From positions 1,674,001 to 1,738,000 of the forward strand of contig OZ024751.1 in assembly GCA_964016885.1 (NCBI GenBank): DNA of 64,000 bases. Direction: 5' to 3'. The notes below the pieces were generated by a model that searched no databases, was not told the DNA's origin, and saw only the letters and a list, made by a program, of their open reading frames with translations. The translations under genes were made by a program, and so were the position numbers. The stretch comes from Eledone cirrhosa (Eukaryota). This document shows positions 13,331-27,400 of the stretch, in pieces; the stretch's first letter is position 1, and every line of letters starts with the position of its first letter.

Positions 13331-16300
13331 TGTTGGTGTTGTTGGTGTTACTGCTGTTGGTGTTGTTGGTGTTACTGTTGTTGGTATTGTTGGTGTTACT
13401 GTTGTTGGTGTTATTAGTGTTACTGTTGTTGGTGTTGTTAGTGTTACTGTTGTTGGTGTTGTTGGTGTTAATGTTGTTGGTGTTGTTGGTGTTACTGTTG
13501 TTGGTGTTGTTGGTGTTACTGTTGTTGGTGTTGTTAGTGATACTGTTGTTGGTGTTGTTGGTGTTACTGTTGTTGGTGTTGTTAGTGTTACTGTTGTTGG
13601 TGTTGTTTTTGTTGGTGTTGGTGGTGTTGGTGTTACTGTTGTTGGTGTTGGTGGTCTTACTGTTGTTGGTGTTGTTGGTGTTACTGTTGTTGGTGTTGTT
13701 TTTGTTGGTGTTGGTGGTGTTGGTGTTACTGTTGTTGGTGTTGGTGGTCTTACTGTTGTTGGTGTTGTTGGTGTTACTGTTGTTGGTGTTGTTGGTGTTA
13801 CTGTTGTTGGTGTTGTTGGTGTTACTGTTGTTGGTGTTGTTGGTGTTACTGTTGTGGTGTTGTTAGTGTTACTGTTGTTGGTGTTGTTAGTGTTACTGTT
13901 GTTGTTTTTGTTGGTGTTACTTTTGTTGGTGTTGTCAGTGTTACTGTTGTTGGTGTTGTTAGTGTTACTGTTGTTGTTGTTGTTGGTGTTACTCTTGTTG
14001 GTGTTGTTGGTCTTACTGTTGTTGGTGATGTTGGTGTTACTGTTGTTGGTGTTGTTGGTTTTACTGTTGTTGGTGTTGTTGGTGTTACTGTTGTTGGTGT
14101 TGTTGGTTTTACTGTTGTTGGTGTTGTTGGTGTTACTGTTGTTGGTGTTGTTGGTGTTACTGTTGTTGGTGTTGTTAGTATTACTGTTGTTGGTGTTGGT
14201 GGTGTTACTGTTGTTGGTTTTGTTGGTAAATACTGTTGTTGGTGTTGTTGGTGTTACTGTTGTTGGTGTTTTTAGTGTTACTGTTGTTGGTGTTGTTGGT
14301 GTTACTGTTGTTGGTGTTGTTGGTGTTACTGTTGTTGGTGTTGTTGGTGTTACTGTTGTTGGTGTTGTTAGTATTACTGTTGTTGGTGTTGGTGGTGTTA
14401 CTGTTGTTGGTGTTGTTGGTGTTACTGTTGTAGGTGTTGTTAGTATTACTGTTGTTGGTGTTGGTAGTGTAACTGTTGTTGGTGTTGTTGGTGTTACTGC
14501 TGTTGGTGTTGTTGGTGTTACTGTTGTTGGTGTTGTTAGTGTTACTGTTGTTGGTGTTGTTGGTGTTACTGTTGTTGGTGTTGGTGGTGTTACTGTTGTT
14601 GGTGTTGTTTGTGTTACTGTCGTTGGTGTTGTTTGTGTTACTGTTGTTGGTGTTGGTGGTGTTACTGTTGTTGGTGGTGTTGGTGTTACTGTTGTTGGTG
14701 TTGTTAGTGTTACTGTTGTTGGTGTTGTTGGTGTTACTGTTGTTGGTGTTGTTAGTGTTACTGTTGTTGGTGTTGTTTGTGTTATTGTTGTTGGTGTTGG
14801 TGGTGTTACTGTTGTTGGTGTTACTGTTGTTGGTGTTGTTGGTGTTACTGTTGTTGGTGTTGTTGGTGTTACTGTTGTTGGAGGTGTTGGTGTTACTGTT
14901 GGTGGTGTTGTTGGTGTTACTGTTGTTGGTGTTGTTAGTGTTACTGTTGTTGGTGATGTTGGTGTTACTGTTGTTGGTGTTGTTAGTGTTACTGTTGTTG
15001 GTGTTGTTGGTGTTACTGTTGTTGGTGTTTTTTGTGTTACTGATGTTGGTGTTTTTGGTGTTACTGTTGTTGGTGTTGTTGGTGTTACTGTTGTTGGTGT
15101 TGTTGGTGTTACTGCTTTGGTGTTGTTGGGGTTACTGTTGTTGGTGTTGTTGGTGTTACTGTTGTTGGTGTTGTTGGTGTTACTGTTGTTGGTGTTGGTG
15201 GTGTTACTGTTGTTGGTGTTGTTGGTGTTACTGTTATTGGTGTTACTGTTGTTGGTGTTGGTGGTGTGACTGTTGTTGGTGTTGTTGGTGTTACTGTTGT
15301 TGGTGTTGTTAGTGTTACTGTTGTTGGTGTTGTTAGTGTTACTGTTGTTGGTGTTACTGTTGTTGGTGTTGTTAGTGTTACTGTTGTTAGGTGTTGTTAT
15401 TGTTACTGTTGTTGGTGTTGCTGGTGTTACTGTTGTTGGTGTTGTTGGTGTTACTGCTGTTGGTGTTGTTGGTGTTACTGTTGTTGGTGTTGTTGGTGTT
15501 ACTGTTGTTGGTGTTATTAGTGTTACTGTTGTTGGTGTTGTTAGTGTTACTGTTGTTGGTGTTGTTGGTGTTAATGTTGTTGGTGGTGTTGGTGTTACTG
15601 TTGTTGGTGTTGTTGGTGTTACTGTTGTTGGTGTTGTTAGTGTTACTGTTGTTGGTGTTGTTGGTGTTACTGTTGTTGGTGTTGTTAGTGTTACTGTTGT
15701 TGGTGTTGTTTTTGTTGGTGTTGGTGGTGTTGGTGTTACTGTTGTTGGTGTTGGTGGTCTTACTGTTGTTGGTGTTGTTGGTGTTAATGTTGTTGGTGTT
15801 GTTTTTGTTGGTGTTGGTGGTGTTGGTGTTACTGTTGTTGGTGTTGGTGGTCTTACTGTTGTTGGTGTTGTTGGTGTTACTGTTGTTGGTGTTGTTGGTG
15901 TTACTGTTGTTGGTGTTGTTGGTGTTACTGTTGTTGGTGTTGTTGGTGTTACTGTTGTTGGTGTTACTGTTGTTGGTGTTGTTTTTGTTGGTGTTGGTGG
16001 TGTTGGTTTTACTGTTGTTGGTGTTGTTGGTGTTACCGTTGTTGGTGTTGGTGGTCTTACTGTTGTTGGTGTTGTTGGTATTACTGTTGTTGGTGTTGTT
16101 GGTGTTACTGTTGTTGGTGTTGTTGGTGATACTGTTGTTGGTGTTGGTGTTACTGTTGTTGGTGTTGTTAGTGTTACTGTTGTTGGTGTTGGTGTTGGTG
16201 TTACTGTTGTTGGTGTTGTTGGTGTTACTGTTGTTGGTGTTGTTGGTGTTACTGTTGTGGTGTTGTTAGTGTTACTGTTGTTGGTGTTGTTAGTGTTACT

Positions 16301-18449
16301 GTTGTTGTTTTTGTTGGTGTTACTGTTGTTGGTGTTGTCAGTGTTACTGTTGTTGGTGTTGTTAGTGTTACTGTTGTTGGTGTTGTTGGTGTTACTGTTG
16401 TTGGTGTTGTTGGTCTTACTGTTGTTGGTGATGTTGGTGTTACTGTTGTTGGTGTTGTTGGTTTTACTGTTGTTGGTGTTGTTGGTGTTACTGTTGTTGG
16501 TGTTGTTGGTTTTACTGTTGTTGGTGTTGTTGGTGTTACTGTTGTTGGTGTTGTTGGTTTTACTCTTGTTGGTGTTGTTAGTATTACTGTTGTTGGTGTT
16601 GGTGGTGTTACTGTTGTTGGTGTTGTTGGTGTTACTGTTGTTGGTGTTGTTGGTGTTACTATTGTTGGTGTTGTTAGTGTTACTGTTGTTGGTGTTGTTG
16701 GTGTTACTGTTGTTGGTGTTGTTGGTGTTACTGTTGTTGGTGCTGTTGGTGTTACTGTTGTTGGTGTTGTTAGTATTACTGTTGTAGGTGTTGGTGGTGT
16801 TACTGTTGTTGGTGTTGTTGGTGTTACTGTTGTTGGTGTTGTTAGTATTACTGTTGTTGGAGTTACTGTTGTTGGTGTTGTTAGTATTACTGTTGTTGGT
16901 GTTGTTGGTGTTACCGTTGTTGGTGTTGGTGGTCTTACTGTTGTTGGTGTTGTTGGTATTACTGTTGTTGGTGTTGTTGGTGTAACTGTTGTTGGTGTTG
17001 TTGGCGTTACTGTTGTTGGTGTTGTTGGTTTTACTGTTGTTGGTGTTGTTGGTGTTACTGTTGATGGTGTTGTTGGTGTTACTGTTGTTGGTGTTGTTGG
17101 TGTTACTGTTGTTGGTGTTGTTGGTGTTACTGTTTTTGGTGTTGGTGTTGGTGTTACTGTTGTTGGTGTTGTTGGTGTTACTGTTGTTGGTGTTGTTAGT
17201 GTTACTGTTGTTGGTGTTGTTAGTGTTACTGTTGTTGGTGTTGTTAGTGTTACTGTTGTTGGTGTTGGTGTTGGTGTTACTGTTGTTGGTGTTGTTGGTG
17301 TTACTGTTGTTGGTGTTGTTGGTGTTACTGTTGTGGTGTTGTTAGTGTTACTGTTGTTGGTGTTGGTGTTGGTGTTACTGTTGTTGGTGTTGTTGGTGTT
17401 ACTGTTGTTGGTGTTGTTGGTGTTACTGTTGTGGTGTTGTTAGTGTTACTGTTGTTGGTGTTGTTAGTGTTACTGTTGTTGTTTTTGTTGGTGTTACTGT
17501 TGTTGGTGTTGTCAGTGTTACTGTTGTTGGTGTTGTTAGTGTTACTGTTGTTGGTGTTGGTGTTGGTGTTACTGTTGTTGGTGTTGTTGGTGTTACTGTT
17601 GTTGGTGTTGTTGGTGTTACTGTTGTGGTGTTGTTAGTGTTACTGTTGTTGGTGTTGTTAGTGTTACTGTTGTTGTTTTTGTTGGTGTTACTGTTGTTGG
17701 TGTTGTCAGTGTTACTGTTGTTGGTGTTGTTAGTGTTACTGTTGTTGGTGTTGTTGGTGTTACTGTTGTTGGTGTTGTTGGCTTTACTGTTGTTGGTGTT
17801 GTTGGTGTTACTGTTGTTGGTGTTGTTGGTGTTACTGTTGTTGGTGTTGTTAGTATTACTGTTGTTGATGTTGGTGGTGTTACTGTTGTTGGTGTTGTTG
17901 GTGTTACTGTTGTTGGTGTTGTTGGTGTTACTGTTGTTGGTGTTGTTAGTGTTACTGTTGTTGGTGTTGTTGGTGTTACTGTTGTTGGTGTTGTTGGTGT
18001 TACTGTTGTTGGTGTTGTTGGTGTTACTGTTGTTGGTGTTGTTAGTATTACTGTTGTTGGTGTTGGTGGTGTTACTGTTGTTGGTGTTGTTGGTGTTACT
18101 GTTGTTGGTGTTGTTAGTATTACTGTTGTTGGTGTTGGTGGTGTTACTGTTGTTGGTGTTGATGGTGTTACTGTTGTTGGTGTTGTTGGTGTTACTGTTG
18201 TTGGTTTTGTTAGTGTTACTGTTGTTGGTGTTGTTGGTGTTACTGTTGTTGGTGTTGGTGGTGTTACTGTCGTTGGTGTTGTTTGTGTTACTGTTGTTGG
18301 TGTTGTTTGTGTTACTGTTGTTGGTGTTGGTGTTGGTGTTACTGTTGTTGGTGTTGTTGGTGTTACTGTTGTTGGTGTTGTTGGTGTTACTGTTGTGGTG
18401 TTGTTAGTGTTACTGTTGTTGGTGTTGTTAGTGTTACTGTTGTTGTTTT

Positions 18450-21400
18450 TGTTGGTGTTACTGTTGTTGGTGTTGTCAGTGTTACTGTTGTTGGTGTTGT
18501 TAGTGTTACTGTTGTTGGTGTTGTTGGTGTTACTGTTGTTGGTGTTGTTGGTCTTACTGTTGTTGGTGATGTTGGTGTTACTGTTGTTGGTGTTGTTGGT
18601 TTTACTGTTGTTGGTGTTGTTGGTGTTACTGTTGTTGGTGTTGTTGGCTTTACTGTTGTTGGTGTTGTTGGTGTTACTGTTGTTGGTGTTGTTGGTGTTA
18701 CTGTTGTTGGTGTTGTTAGTATTACTGTTGTTGGTGTTGGTGGTGTTACTGTTGTTGGTGTTGTTGGTGTTACTGTTGTTGGTATTGTTGGTGTTACTCT
18801 TGTTGGTATTGTTAGTGTTACTGTTGTTGGTGTTGTTGGTGTTACTGTTGTTGGTGTTGTTGGTGTTACTGTTGTTGGTGTTGTTGGTGTTACTGTTGTT
18901 GGTGTTGTTAGTATTACTGTTGTTGGTGTTGGTGGTGTTACTGTTGTTGGTGTTGTTGGTGTTACTGTTGTTGGTGTTGTTAGTATTACTGTTGTTGGTG
19001 TTGGTGGTGTTACTGTTGTTGGTGTTGTTGGTGTTACTGTTGTTGGTGTTGATGGTGTTACTGTTGTTTGTGTTGTTAGTGTTACTGTTGTTGGTGTTGT
19101 TGGTGTTACTGTTGTTGGTGTTGTTGGTGTTACTGTTGTTGGTGTTGGTGGTGTTACTGTCGTTGGTGTTGTTTGTGTTACTGTTGTTGGTGATGTTTGT
19201 GTTACTGTTGTTGGTGTTGGTGGTGTTACTGTTGTTGGTGTTGTTGGTGTTACTGTTGTTGGTGTTGTTGGTGTTACTTTTGTTGGTGGTGTTGGTGTTA
19301 CTGTTGTTGGTGTTGTTAGTGTTACTGTTGTTGGTGTTGTTGGTGTTACTGTTGTTGGTGTTGTTAGTGTTACTGTTGTTGGTGTTGTTTGTGTTATTGT
19401 TGTTGGTGTTGGTGGTGTTACTGTTGTTGGTGTTACTGTTGTTGGTGTTGTTGGTGTTACTGTTGTTGGTGTTGTTGGTGTTACTGTTGTTGGTGGTGTT
19501 GGTGTTACTGTTGTTGGTGTTCTTGGTGTTACTGTTATTGGTGTTGGTGGTGTTACTGTTGTTGGTGTTGTTGGTGTTACTGTTGTTGGTGTTGTTGGTG
19601 TTACTGTTGTTGGTGTTGTTAGTGTTACTGTTGTTGGTGTTGTTGGTGTTACTGTTGTTGGTGTTGGTGGTGTTACTGTTGTTGGTGTTGTTTGTGTTAC
19701 TGTTGTTGGTGTTGTTTGTGTTACTGTTGTTGTGTTGGTGGTGTTACTGTTGTTGGTGTTGTTGGTGTTACTGTTGTTGGTGTTGTTGGTGTTACTGTTG
19801 TTGGTGGTGTTGGTGTTACTGTTGTTGGTGTTGTTAGTGTTACTGTTGTTGGTGATGTTGGTGTTACTGTTGTTGGTGTTGTTAGTGTTACTGTTGTTGG
19901 TGTTGTTTGTGTTATTGTTGTTGGTGTTGGTGGTGTTACTGTTGTTGGTGTTACTGTTGTTGGTGTTGTTGGTGTTACTGTTGTTGGTGTTGTTGGTGTT
20001 GTTGGTGTTACTGTTGTTGGAGGTGTTGGTGTTACTGTTGTTGGTGTTACTGTTATTGGTGTTGGTGGTGTTCCTGTTGTTGGTGTTGTTGGTGTTACTG
20101 TTGTTGGTGTTGTTGGTGTTACTGTTGTTGATGTTGTTTGTGTTACTGTTGTTGATGGTGTTGGTGTTACTGTTGTTGGTGTTGTTAGCGTTACTGTTGT
20201 TGGTGATGTTGGTGTTACTGTTGTTGGCGTTGTTAGTGTTACTGTTGTTGGTGTTGTTGGTGTTACTGTTGTTGGTGGTGTTGGTGTTACTGTTGTTGGT
20301 GTTCTTGGTGTTACTGTTATTGGTGTTGGTGGTGTTACTGTTGTTGGTGTTGTTTGTGTTACTGTTGTTGGTGTTGTTTGTGTTACTGTTGTTGTGTTGG
20401 TGGTGTTACTGTTGTTGGTGTTGTTGGTGTTACTGTTGTTGGTGTTGTTGGTGTTACTGTTGTTGGTGGTGTTGGTGTTACTGTTGTTGGTGTTGTTAGT
20501 GTTACTGTTGTTGGTGATGTTGGTGTTACTGTTGTTGGTGTTGTTATTGTTACTGTTGTTGGTGTTGTTTGTGTTATTGTTGTTGGTGTTGGTGGTGTTA
20601 TTGTTGTTGGTGTTACTGTTGTTGGTGTTGTTGGTGTTACTGTTGTTGGTGTTGTTGGTGTTACTGTTGTTGGAGGTGTTGGTGTTACTGTTGTTGGTGT
20701 TGTTGGTGTTACTGTTATTGGTGTTGGTGGTGTTACTGTTGTTGGTGTTGTTGGTGTTACTGTTGTTGGTGTTGTTGGTGTTATTGTTGTTGATGTTGTT
20801 TGTGTTACTGTTGTTGATGGTGTTGGTGTTACTGTTGTTGGTGTTGTTAGTGTTACTGTTGTTGGTGATGTTGGTGTTACTGTTGTTGGTGTTGTTAGTG
20901 TTACTGTTGTTGGTGTTGTTGGTGTTACTGTTGTTGGTGTTGTTTGTGTTACTGTTGTTGGTGTTTTTGGTGTTACTCTTGTTGGTGTTGTTGGTGTTAC
21001 TGTTGTTGGTGTTGTTGGTGTTACTGCTTTGGTGTTGTTGGCCTTACTGTTGTTGGTGTTGTTGGTGTTACTGTTGTTGGTGTTGTTGGTGTTAATGTTG
21101 TTGGTGTTGGTGGTGTTACTGTTGTTGGTGTTGTTGGTGTTACTGTTATTGGTGTTACTGTTGTTGGTGTTGGTGGTGTGACTGTTGTTGGTGTTGTTGG
21201 TGTTACTGTTGTTGGTGTTGTTAGTGTTACTGTTGTTGGTGTTGTTGGTGTTACTGTTGTTGGTGTTGGTGGTGTTACTGTCGTTGGTTTTGTTTGTGTT
21301 ACTGTTGTTGGTGTTGTTTGTGTTACTGTTGTTGGGGTTGGTGGTGTTACTGTTGTTGGTGTTGTTGGTGTTGTTAGTGTTACTGTTGTTGGTGTTGTTG

Positions 21401-24400
21401 GTGTTAGTGTTGTTGGTGTTGTTAGTGTTACTGTTGTTGGTGTTGTTTGTGTTATTGTTGTTGGTGTTGGTGGTGTTACTGTTGTTGGTGTTACTGTTGT
21501 TGGTGTTGTTGGTGTTATTGTTGTTGGTGTTGTTGGTGTTACTGTTGTTGGTGGTGTTGGTGTTACTGTTGTTGGTGTTCTTGGTGTTACTGTTATTGGT
21601 GTTGGTGGTGTTACTGTTGTTGGTGTTGTTGGTGTTACTGTTGTTGGTGTTGTTGGTTTTACTGTTGTTGGTGTTGTTAGTGTTACTGTTGTTGGTGTTG
21701 TTGGTGTTACTGTTGTTGGTGTTGGTGTTGTTACTGTTGTTGGTGTTGTTTGTGTTACTGTTGTTGGTGTTGTTTGTGTTACTGTTGTTGGTGTTGGTGG
21801 TGTTACTGTTGTTGGTGTTGTTGGTGTTACTGTTGTTGGTGTTGTTGGTGTTACTGTTGTTGGTGGTGTTGGTGTTACTGTTGTTGGTGTTGTTAGTGTT
21901 ACTGTTGTTGGTGTTGGTGTTTGTGTTACTGTTGTTGGTGTTGGTGGTGTTACTGTTGTTGGTGTTACTGTTGTTGGTGTTGTTGGTGTTACTGTTGTTG
22001 GTGTTGTTGGTGTTACTGTTGTTGGTGTTGGTGGTGTTACTGTTGTTGGTGTTGTTGGTGTTACTGTTGTTGGTGTTGTTAGTGTTACTGTTGTTGGTGT
22101 TGTTTGTGTTATTGTTGTTGGTGTTGGTGGTGTTACTGCTGTTGGTGTTACTGTTGTTGGTGTTGTTGGTGTTACTGTTGTTGGTGTTGTTGGTGTTACT
22201 GTTGTTGGAGGTGTTGGTGTTACTGTTGTTGGTGTTGTTGGTGTTACTGTTATTGGTGTTGGTGGTGTTACGGTTGTTGGTGTTGTTGGTGTTACTGTTG
22301 TTGGTGTTGTTGGTGTTACTGTTGTTCATGTTGTTTGTGTTACTGTTGTTGATGGTGTTGGTGTTACTGTTGTTGGTGTTGTTAGTGTTACTGTTGTTGG
22401 TGATGTTGGTGTTACTGTTGTTGGTGTTGTTAGTGTTACTGTTGTTGGTGTTGTTGGTGTTACTGTTGTTGGTGTTGTTTGTGTTACTGTTGTTGGTGTT
22501 TTTGGTGTTACTCTTGTTGGTGTTGTTGGTGTTACTGTTGTTGGTGTTGTTGGTGTTACTGCTTTGGTGTTGTTGGGGTTACTGTTGTTGGTGTTGTTGG
22601 TGTTACTGTTGTTGGTGTTGTTGGTGTTACTGTTGTTGGTGTTGGTGGTGTTACTGTTGTTGGTGTTGTTGGTGTTACTGTTATTGGTGTTACTGTTGTT
22701 GGTGTTGGTGGTGTGACTGTTGTTGGTGTTGTTGGTGTTACTGTTGTTGGTGTTGTTAGTGTTACTGTTGTTGGTGTTGTTAGTGTTACTGTTGTTGGTG
22801 TTACTGTTGTTAGTGTTGTTAGTGTTACTGTTGTTAGGTGTTGTTATTGTTACTGTTGTTGGTGTTGCTGGTGTTACTGTTGTTGGTGTTGTTGGTGTTA
22901 CTGCTGTTGGTGTTGTTGGTGTTACTGTTGTTGGTGTTGTTGGTGTTACTGTTGTTGGTGTTATTAGTGTTACTGTTGTTGGTGTTGTTAGTGTTACTGT
23001 TGTTGGTGTTGGTGGTGTTACTGTTGTTGGTGTTACTGTTGTTGGTGTTGGTGGTCTTACTGTTGTTGGTGTTGTTGGTGTTACTGTTGTTGGTGTTGTT
23101 GGTTGCTACTGTTGTTGGTGTTGTTGGTGTTACTGTTGTTGGTGTTGTTGGTGTTACTGTTGTTGGTGTTACTGTTGTCGGTGTTGTTTTTGTTGGTGTT
23201 GGTGGTGTTGGTTTTACTGTTGTTGGTGTGGTTGGTGTTACCGTTGTTGGTGTTGGTGGTCTTACTGTTGTTGGTGTTGTTGGAATTACTGTTGTTGGTG
23301 TTGTTGGTGTTACTGTCGTTGGTGTTGTTGGTGTTACTGTCGTTGGTGTTGTTGGTGTTACTGTTGTTGGTGTTGTTAGTGTTACTGTTGTTGTTTTTGT
23401 TGGTGTTACTGTTGTTGGTGTTGTCAGTGTTACTGTTGTTGGTGTTGTTAGTGTTACTGTTGTTGGTGTTGTTGGTGTTACTGTTGTTGGTGTTGTTGGT
23501 CTTACTGTTGTTGGTGATGTTGGTGTTACTGTTGTTGGTGTTGTTGGTGTTACTGTTGTTGGTGTTGTCAGTGTTACTGTTGTTGGTGTTGTTAGTGTTA
23601 CTGTTGTTGGTGTTGTTGGTGTTACTGTTGTTGGTGTTGTTGGTCTTACTGTTGTTGGTGATGTTGGTGTTACTGTTGTTGGTGTTGTTGGTTTTACTGT
23701 TGTTGGTGTTGTTGGTGTTACTGTTGTTGGTGTTGTTGGCTTTACTGTTGTTGGTGTTGTTGGTGTTACTGTTGTTGGTGTTGTTGGTGTTACTGTTGTT
23801 GGTGTTGTTAGTATTACTGTTGTTGGTGTTGGTGGTGTTACTGTTGTTGGTGTTGTTGGTGTTACTGTTGTTGGTATTGTTGGTGTTACTCTTGTTGGTA
23901 TTGTTAGTGTTACTGTTGTTGGTGTTGTTGGTGTTACTGTTGTTGGTGTTGTTGGTGTTACTGTTGTTGGTGTTGTTGGTGTTACTGTTGTTGGTGTTGT
24001 TAGTATTACTGTTGTTGGTGTTGGTGGTGTTACTGTTGTTGGTGTTGTTGGTGTTACTGTTGTTGGTGTTGTTAGTATTACTGTTGTTGGTGTTGGTGGT
24101 GTTACTGTTGTTGGTGTTGTTGGTGTTACTGTTGTTGGTGTTGATGGTGTTACTGTTGTTGGTGTTGTAAGTGTTACTGTTGTTGGTGTTGTTGGTGTTA
24201 CTGTTGTTGGTGTTGTTGGTGTTACTGTTGTTGGTGTTGGTGGTGTTACTGTCGTTGGTGTTGTTTGTGTTACTGTTGTTGGTGTTGTTTGTGTTACTGT
24301 TGTTGGTGTTGGTGGTGTTACTGTTGTTGGTGTTGTTGGTGTTACTGTTGTTGGTGTTGTTGGTGTTACTTTTGTTGGTGGTGTTGGTGTTACTGTTGTT

Positions 24401-27400
24401 GGTGTTGTTAGTGTTACTGTTGTTGGTGTTGTTGGTGTTACTGTTGTTGGTGTTGTTAGTGTTACTGTTGTTGGTGTTGTTTGTGTTATTGTTGTTGGTG
24501 TTGGTGGTGTTACTGTTGTTGGTGTTACTGTTGTTGGTGTTGTTGGTGTTACTGTTGTTGGTGTTGTTGGTGTTACTGTTGTTGGTGGTGTTGGTGTTAC
24601 TGTTGTTGGTGTTCTTGGTGTTACTGTTATTGGTGTTGGTGGTGTTACTGTTGTTGGTGTTGTTGGTGTTACTGTTGTTGGTGTTGTTGGTGTTACTGTT
24701 GTTGGTGTTGTTAGTGTTACTGTTGTTGGTGTTGTTGGTGTTACTGTTGTTGGTGTTGGTGGTGTTACTGTTGTTGGTGTTGTTTGTGTTACTGTTGTTG
24801 GTGTTGTTTGTGTTACTGTTGTTGTGTTGGTGGTGTTACTGTTGTTGGTGTTGTTGGTGTTACTGTTGTTGGTGTTGTTGGTGTTACTGTTGTTGGTGGT
24901 GTTGGTGTTACTGTTGTTGGTGTTGTTAGTGTTACTGTTGTTGGTGATGTTGGTGTTACTGTTGTTGGTGTTGTTAGTGTTACTGTTGTTGGTGTTGTTT
25001 GTGTTATTGTTGTTGGTGTTGGTGGTGTTACTGTTGTTGGTGTTACTGTTGTTGGTGTTGTTGGTGTTACTGTTGTTGGTGTTGTTGGTGTTGTTGGTGT
25101 TACTGTTGTTGGAGGTGTTGGTGTTACTGTTGTTGGTGTTACTGTTATTGGTGTTGGTGGTGTTACTGTTGTTGGTGTTGTTGGTGTTACTGTTGTTGGT
25201 GTTGTTGGTGTTACTGTTGTTGATGTTGTTTGTGTTACTGTTGTTGATGGTGTTGGTGTTACTGTTGTTGGTGTTGTTAGCGTTACTGTTGTTGGTGATG
25301 TTGGTGTTACTGTTGTTGGCGTTGTTAGTGTTACTGTTGTTGGTGTTGTTGGTGTTACTGTTGTTGGTGGTGTTGGTGTTACTGTTGTTGGTGTTCTTGG
25401 TGTTACTGCTATTGGTGTTGGTGGTGTTACTGTTGTTGGTGTTGTTTGTGTTACTGTTGTTGGTGTTGTTTGTGTTACTGTTGTTGTGTTGGTGGTGTTA
25501 CTGTTGTTGGTGTTGTTGGTGTTACTGTTGTTGGTGTTGTTGGTGTTACTGTTGTTGGTGGTGTTGGTGTTACTGTTGTTGGTGTTGTTAGTGTTACTGT
25601 TGTTGGTGATGTTGGTGTTACTGTTGTTGGTGTTGTTATTGTTACTGTTGTTGGTGTTGTTTGTGTTATTGTTGTTGGTGTTGGTGGTGTTATTGTTGTT
25701 GGTGTTACTGTTGTTGGTGTTGTTGGTGTTACTGTTGTTGGTGTTGTTGGTGTTACTGTTGTTGGAGGTGTTGGTGTTACTGTTGTTGGTGTTGTTGGTG
25801 TTACTGTTAATGGTGTTGGTGGTGTTACTGTTGTTGGTGTTGTTGGTGTTACTGTTGTTGGTGTTGTTGGTGTTATTGTTGTTGATGTTGTTTGTGTTAC
25901 TGTTGTTGATGGTGTTGGTGTTACTGTTGTTGGTGTTGTTAGTGTTACTGTTGTTGGTGATGTTGGTGTTACTGTTGTTGGTGTTGTTAGTGTTACTGTT
26001 GTTGGTGTTGTTGGTGTTACTGTTGTTGGTGTTGTTTGTGTTACTGTTGTTGGTGTTTTTGGTGTTACTCTTGTTGGTGTTGTTGGTGTTACTGTTGTTG
26101 GTGTTGTTGGTGTTACTGCTTTGGTGTTGTTGGGGTTACTGTTGTTGGTGTTGTTGGTGTTACTGTTGTTGGTGTTGTTGGTGTTAATGTTGTTGGTGTT
26201 GGTGGTGTTACTGTTGTTGGTGTTGTTGGTGTTACTGTTATTGGTGTTACTGTTGTTGGTGTTGGTGGTGTGACTGTTGTTGGTGTTGTTGGTGTTACTG
26301 TTGTTGGTGTTGTTAGTGTTACTGTTGTTGGTGTTGTTGGTGTTACTGTTGTTGGTGTTGGTGGTGTTACTGTCGTTGGTTTTGTTTGTGTTACTGTTGT
26401 TGGTGTTGTTTGTGTTACTGTTGTTGGTGTTGGTGGTGTTACTGTTGTTGGTGTTGTTGGTGTTACTGTTGTTGGTGTTGTTGGTGTTACTTTTGTTGGT
26501 GGTGTTGGTGTTACTGTTGTTGGTGTTGTTAGTGTTACTGTTGTTGGTGTTGTTGGTGTTACTGTTGTTGGTGTTGTTAGTGTTACTGTTGTTGGTGTTG
26601 TTTGTGTTATTGTTGTTGGTGTTGGTGGTGTTACTGTTGTTGGTGTTACTGTTGTTGGTGTTGTTGGTGTTACTGTTGTTGGTGTTGTTGGTGTTACTGT
26701 TGTTGGTGGTGTTGGTGTTACTGTTGTTGGTGTTCTTGGTGTTACTGTTATTGGTGTTGGTGGTGTTACTGTTGTTGGTGTTGTTGGTGTTACTGTTGTT
26801 GGTGTTGTTGGTGTTACTGTTGTTGGTGTTGTTAGTGTTACTGTTGTTGGTGTTGTTGGTGTTACTGTTGTTGGTGTTGGTGGTGTTACTGTTGTTGGTG
26901 TTGTTTGTGTTACTGTTGTTGGTGTTGTTTGTGTTACTGTTGTTGGTGTTGGTGGTGTTACTGTTGTTGGTGTTGTTGGTGTTACTGTTGTTGGTGTTGT
27001 TGGTGTTACTGTTGTTGGTGGTGTTGGTGTTACTGTTGTTGGTGTTGTTAGTGTTACTGTTGTTGGTGTTGGTGTTTGTGTTACTGTTGTTGGTGTTGGT
27101 GGTGTTACTGTTGTTGGTGTTACTGTTGTTGGTGTTGTTGGTGTTACTGTTGTTGGTGTTGTTGGTGTTACTGTTGTTGGTGTTGGTGGTGTTACTGTTG
27201 TTGGTGTTGTTGGTGTTACTGTTGTTGGTGTTGTTAGTGTTACTGTTGTTGGTGTTGTTTGTGTTATTGTTGTTGGTGTTGGTGGTGTTACTGCTGTTGG
27301 TGTTACTGTTGTTGGTGTTGTTGGTGTTACTGTTGTTGGTGTTGTTGGTGTTACTGTTGTTGGAGGTGTTGGTGTTACTGTTGTTGGTGTTGTTGGTGTT

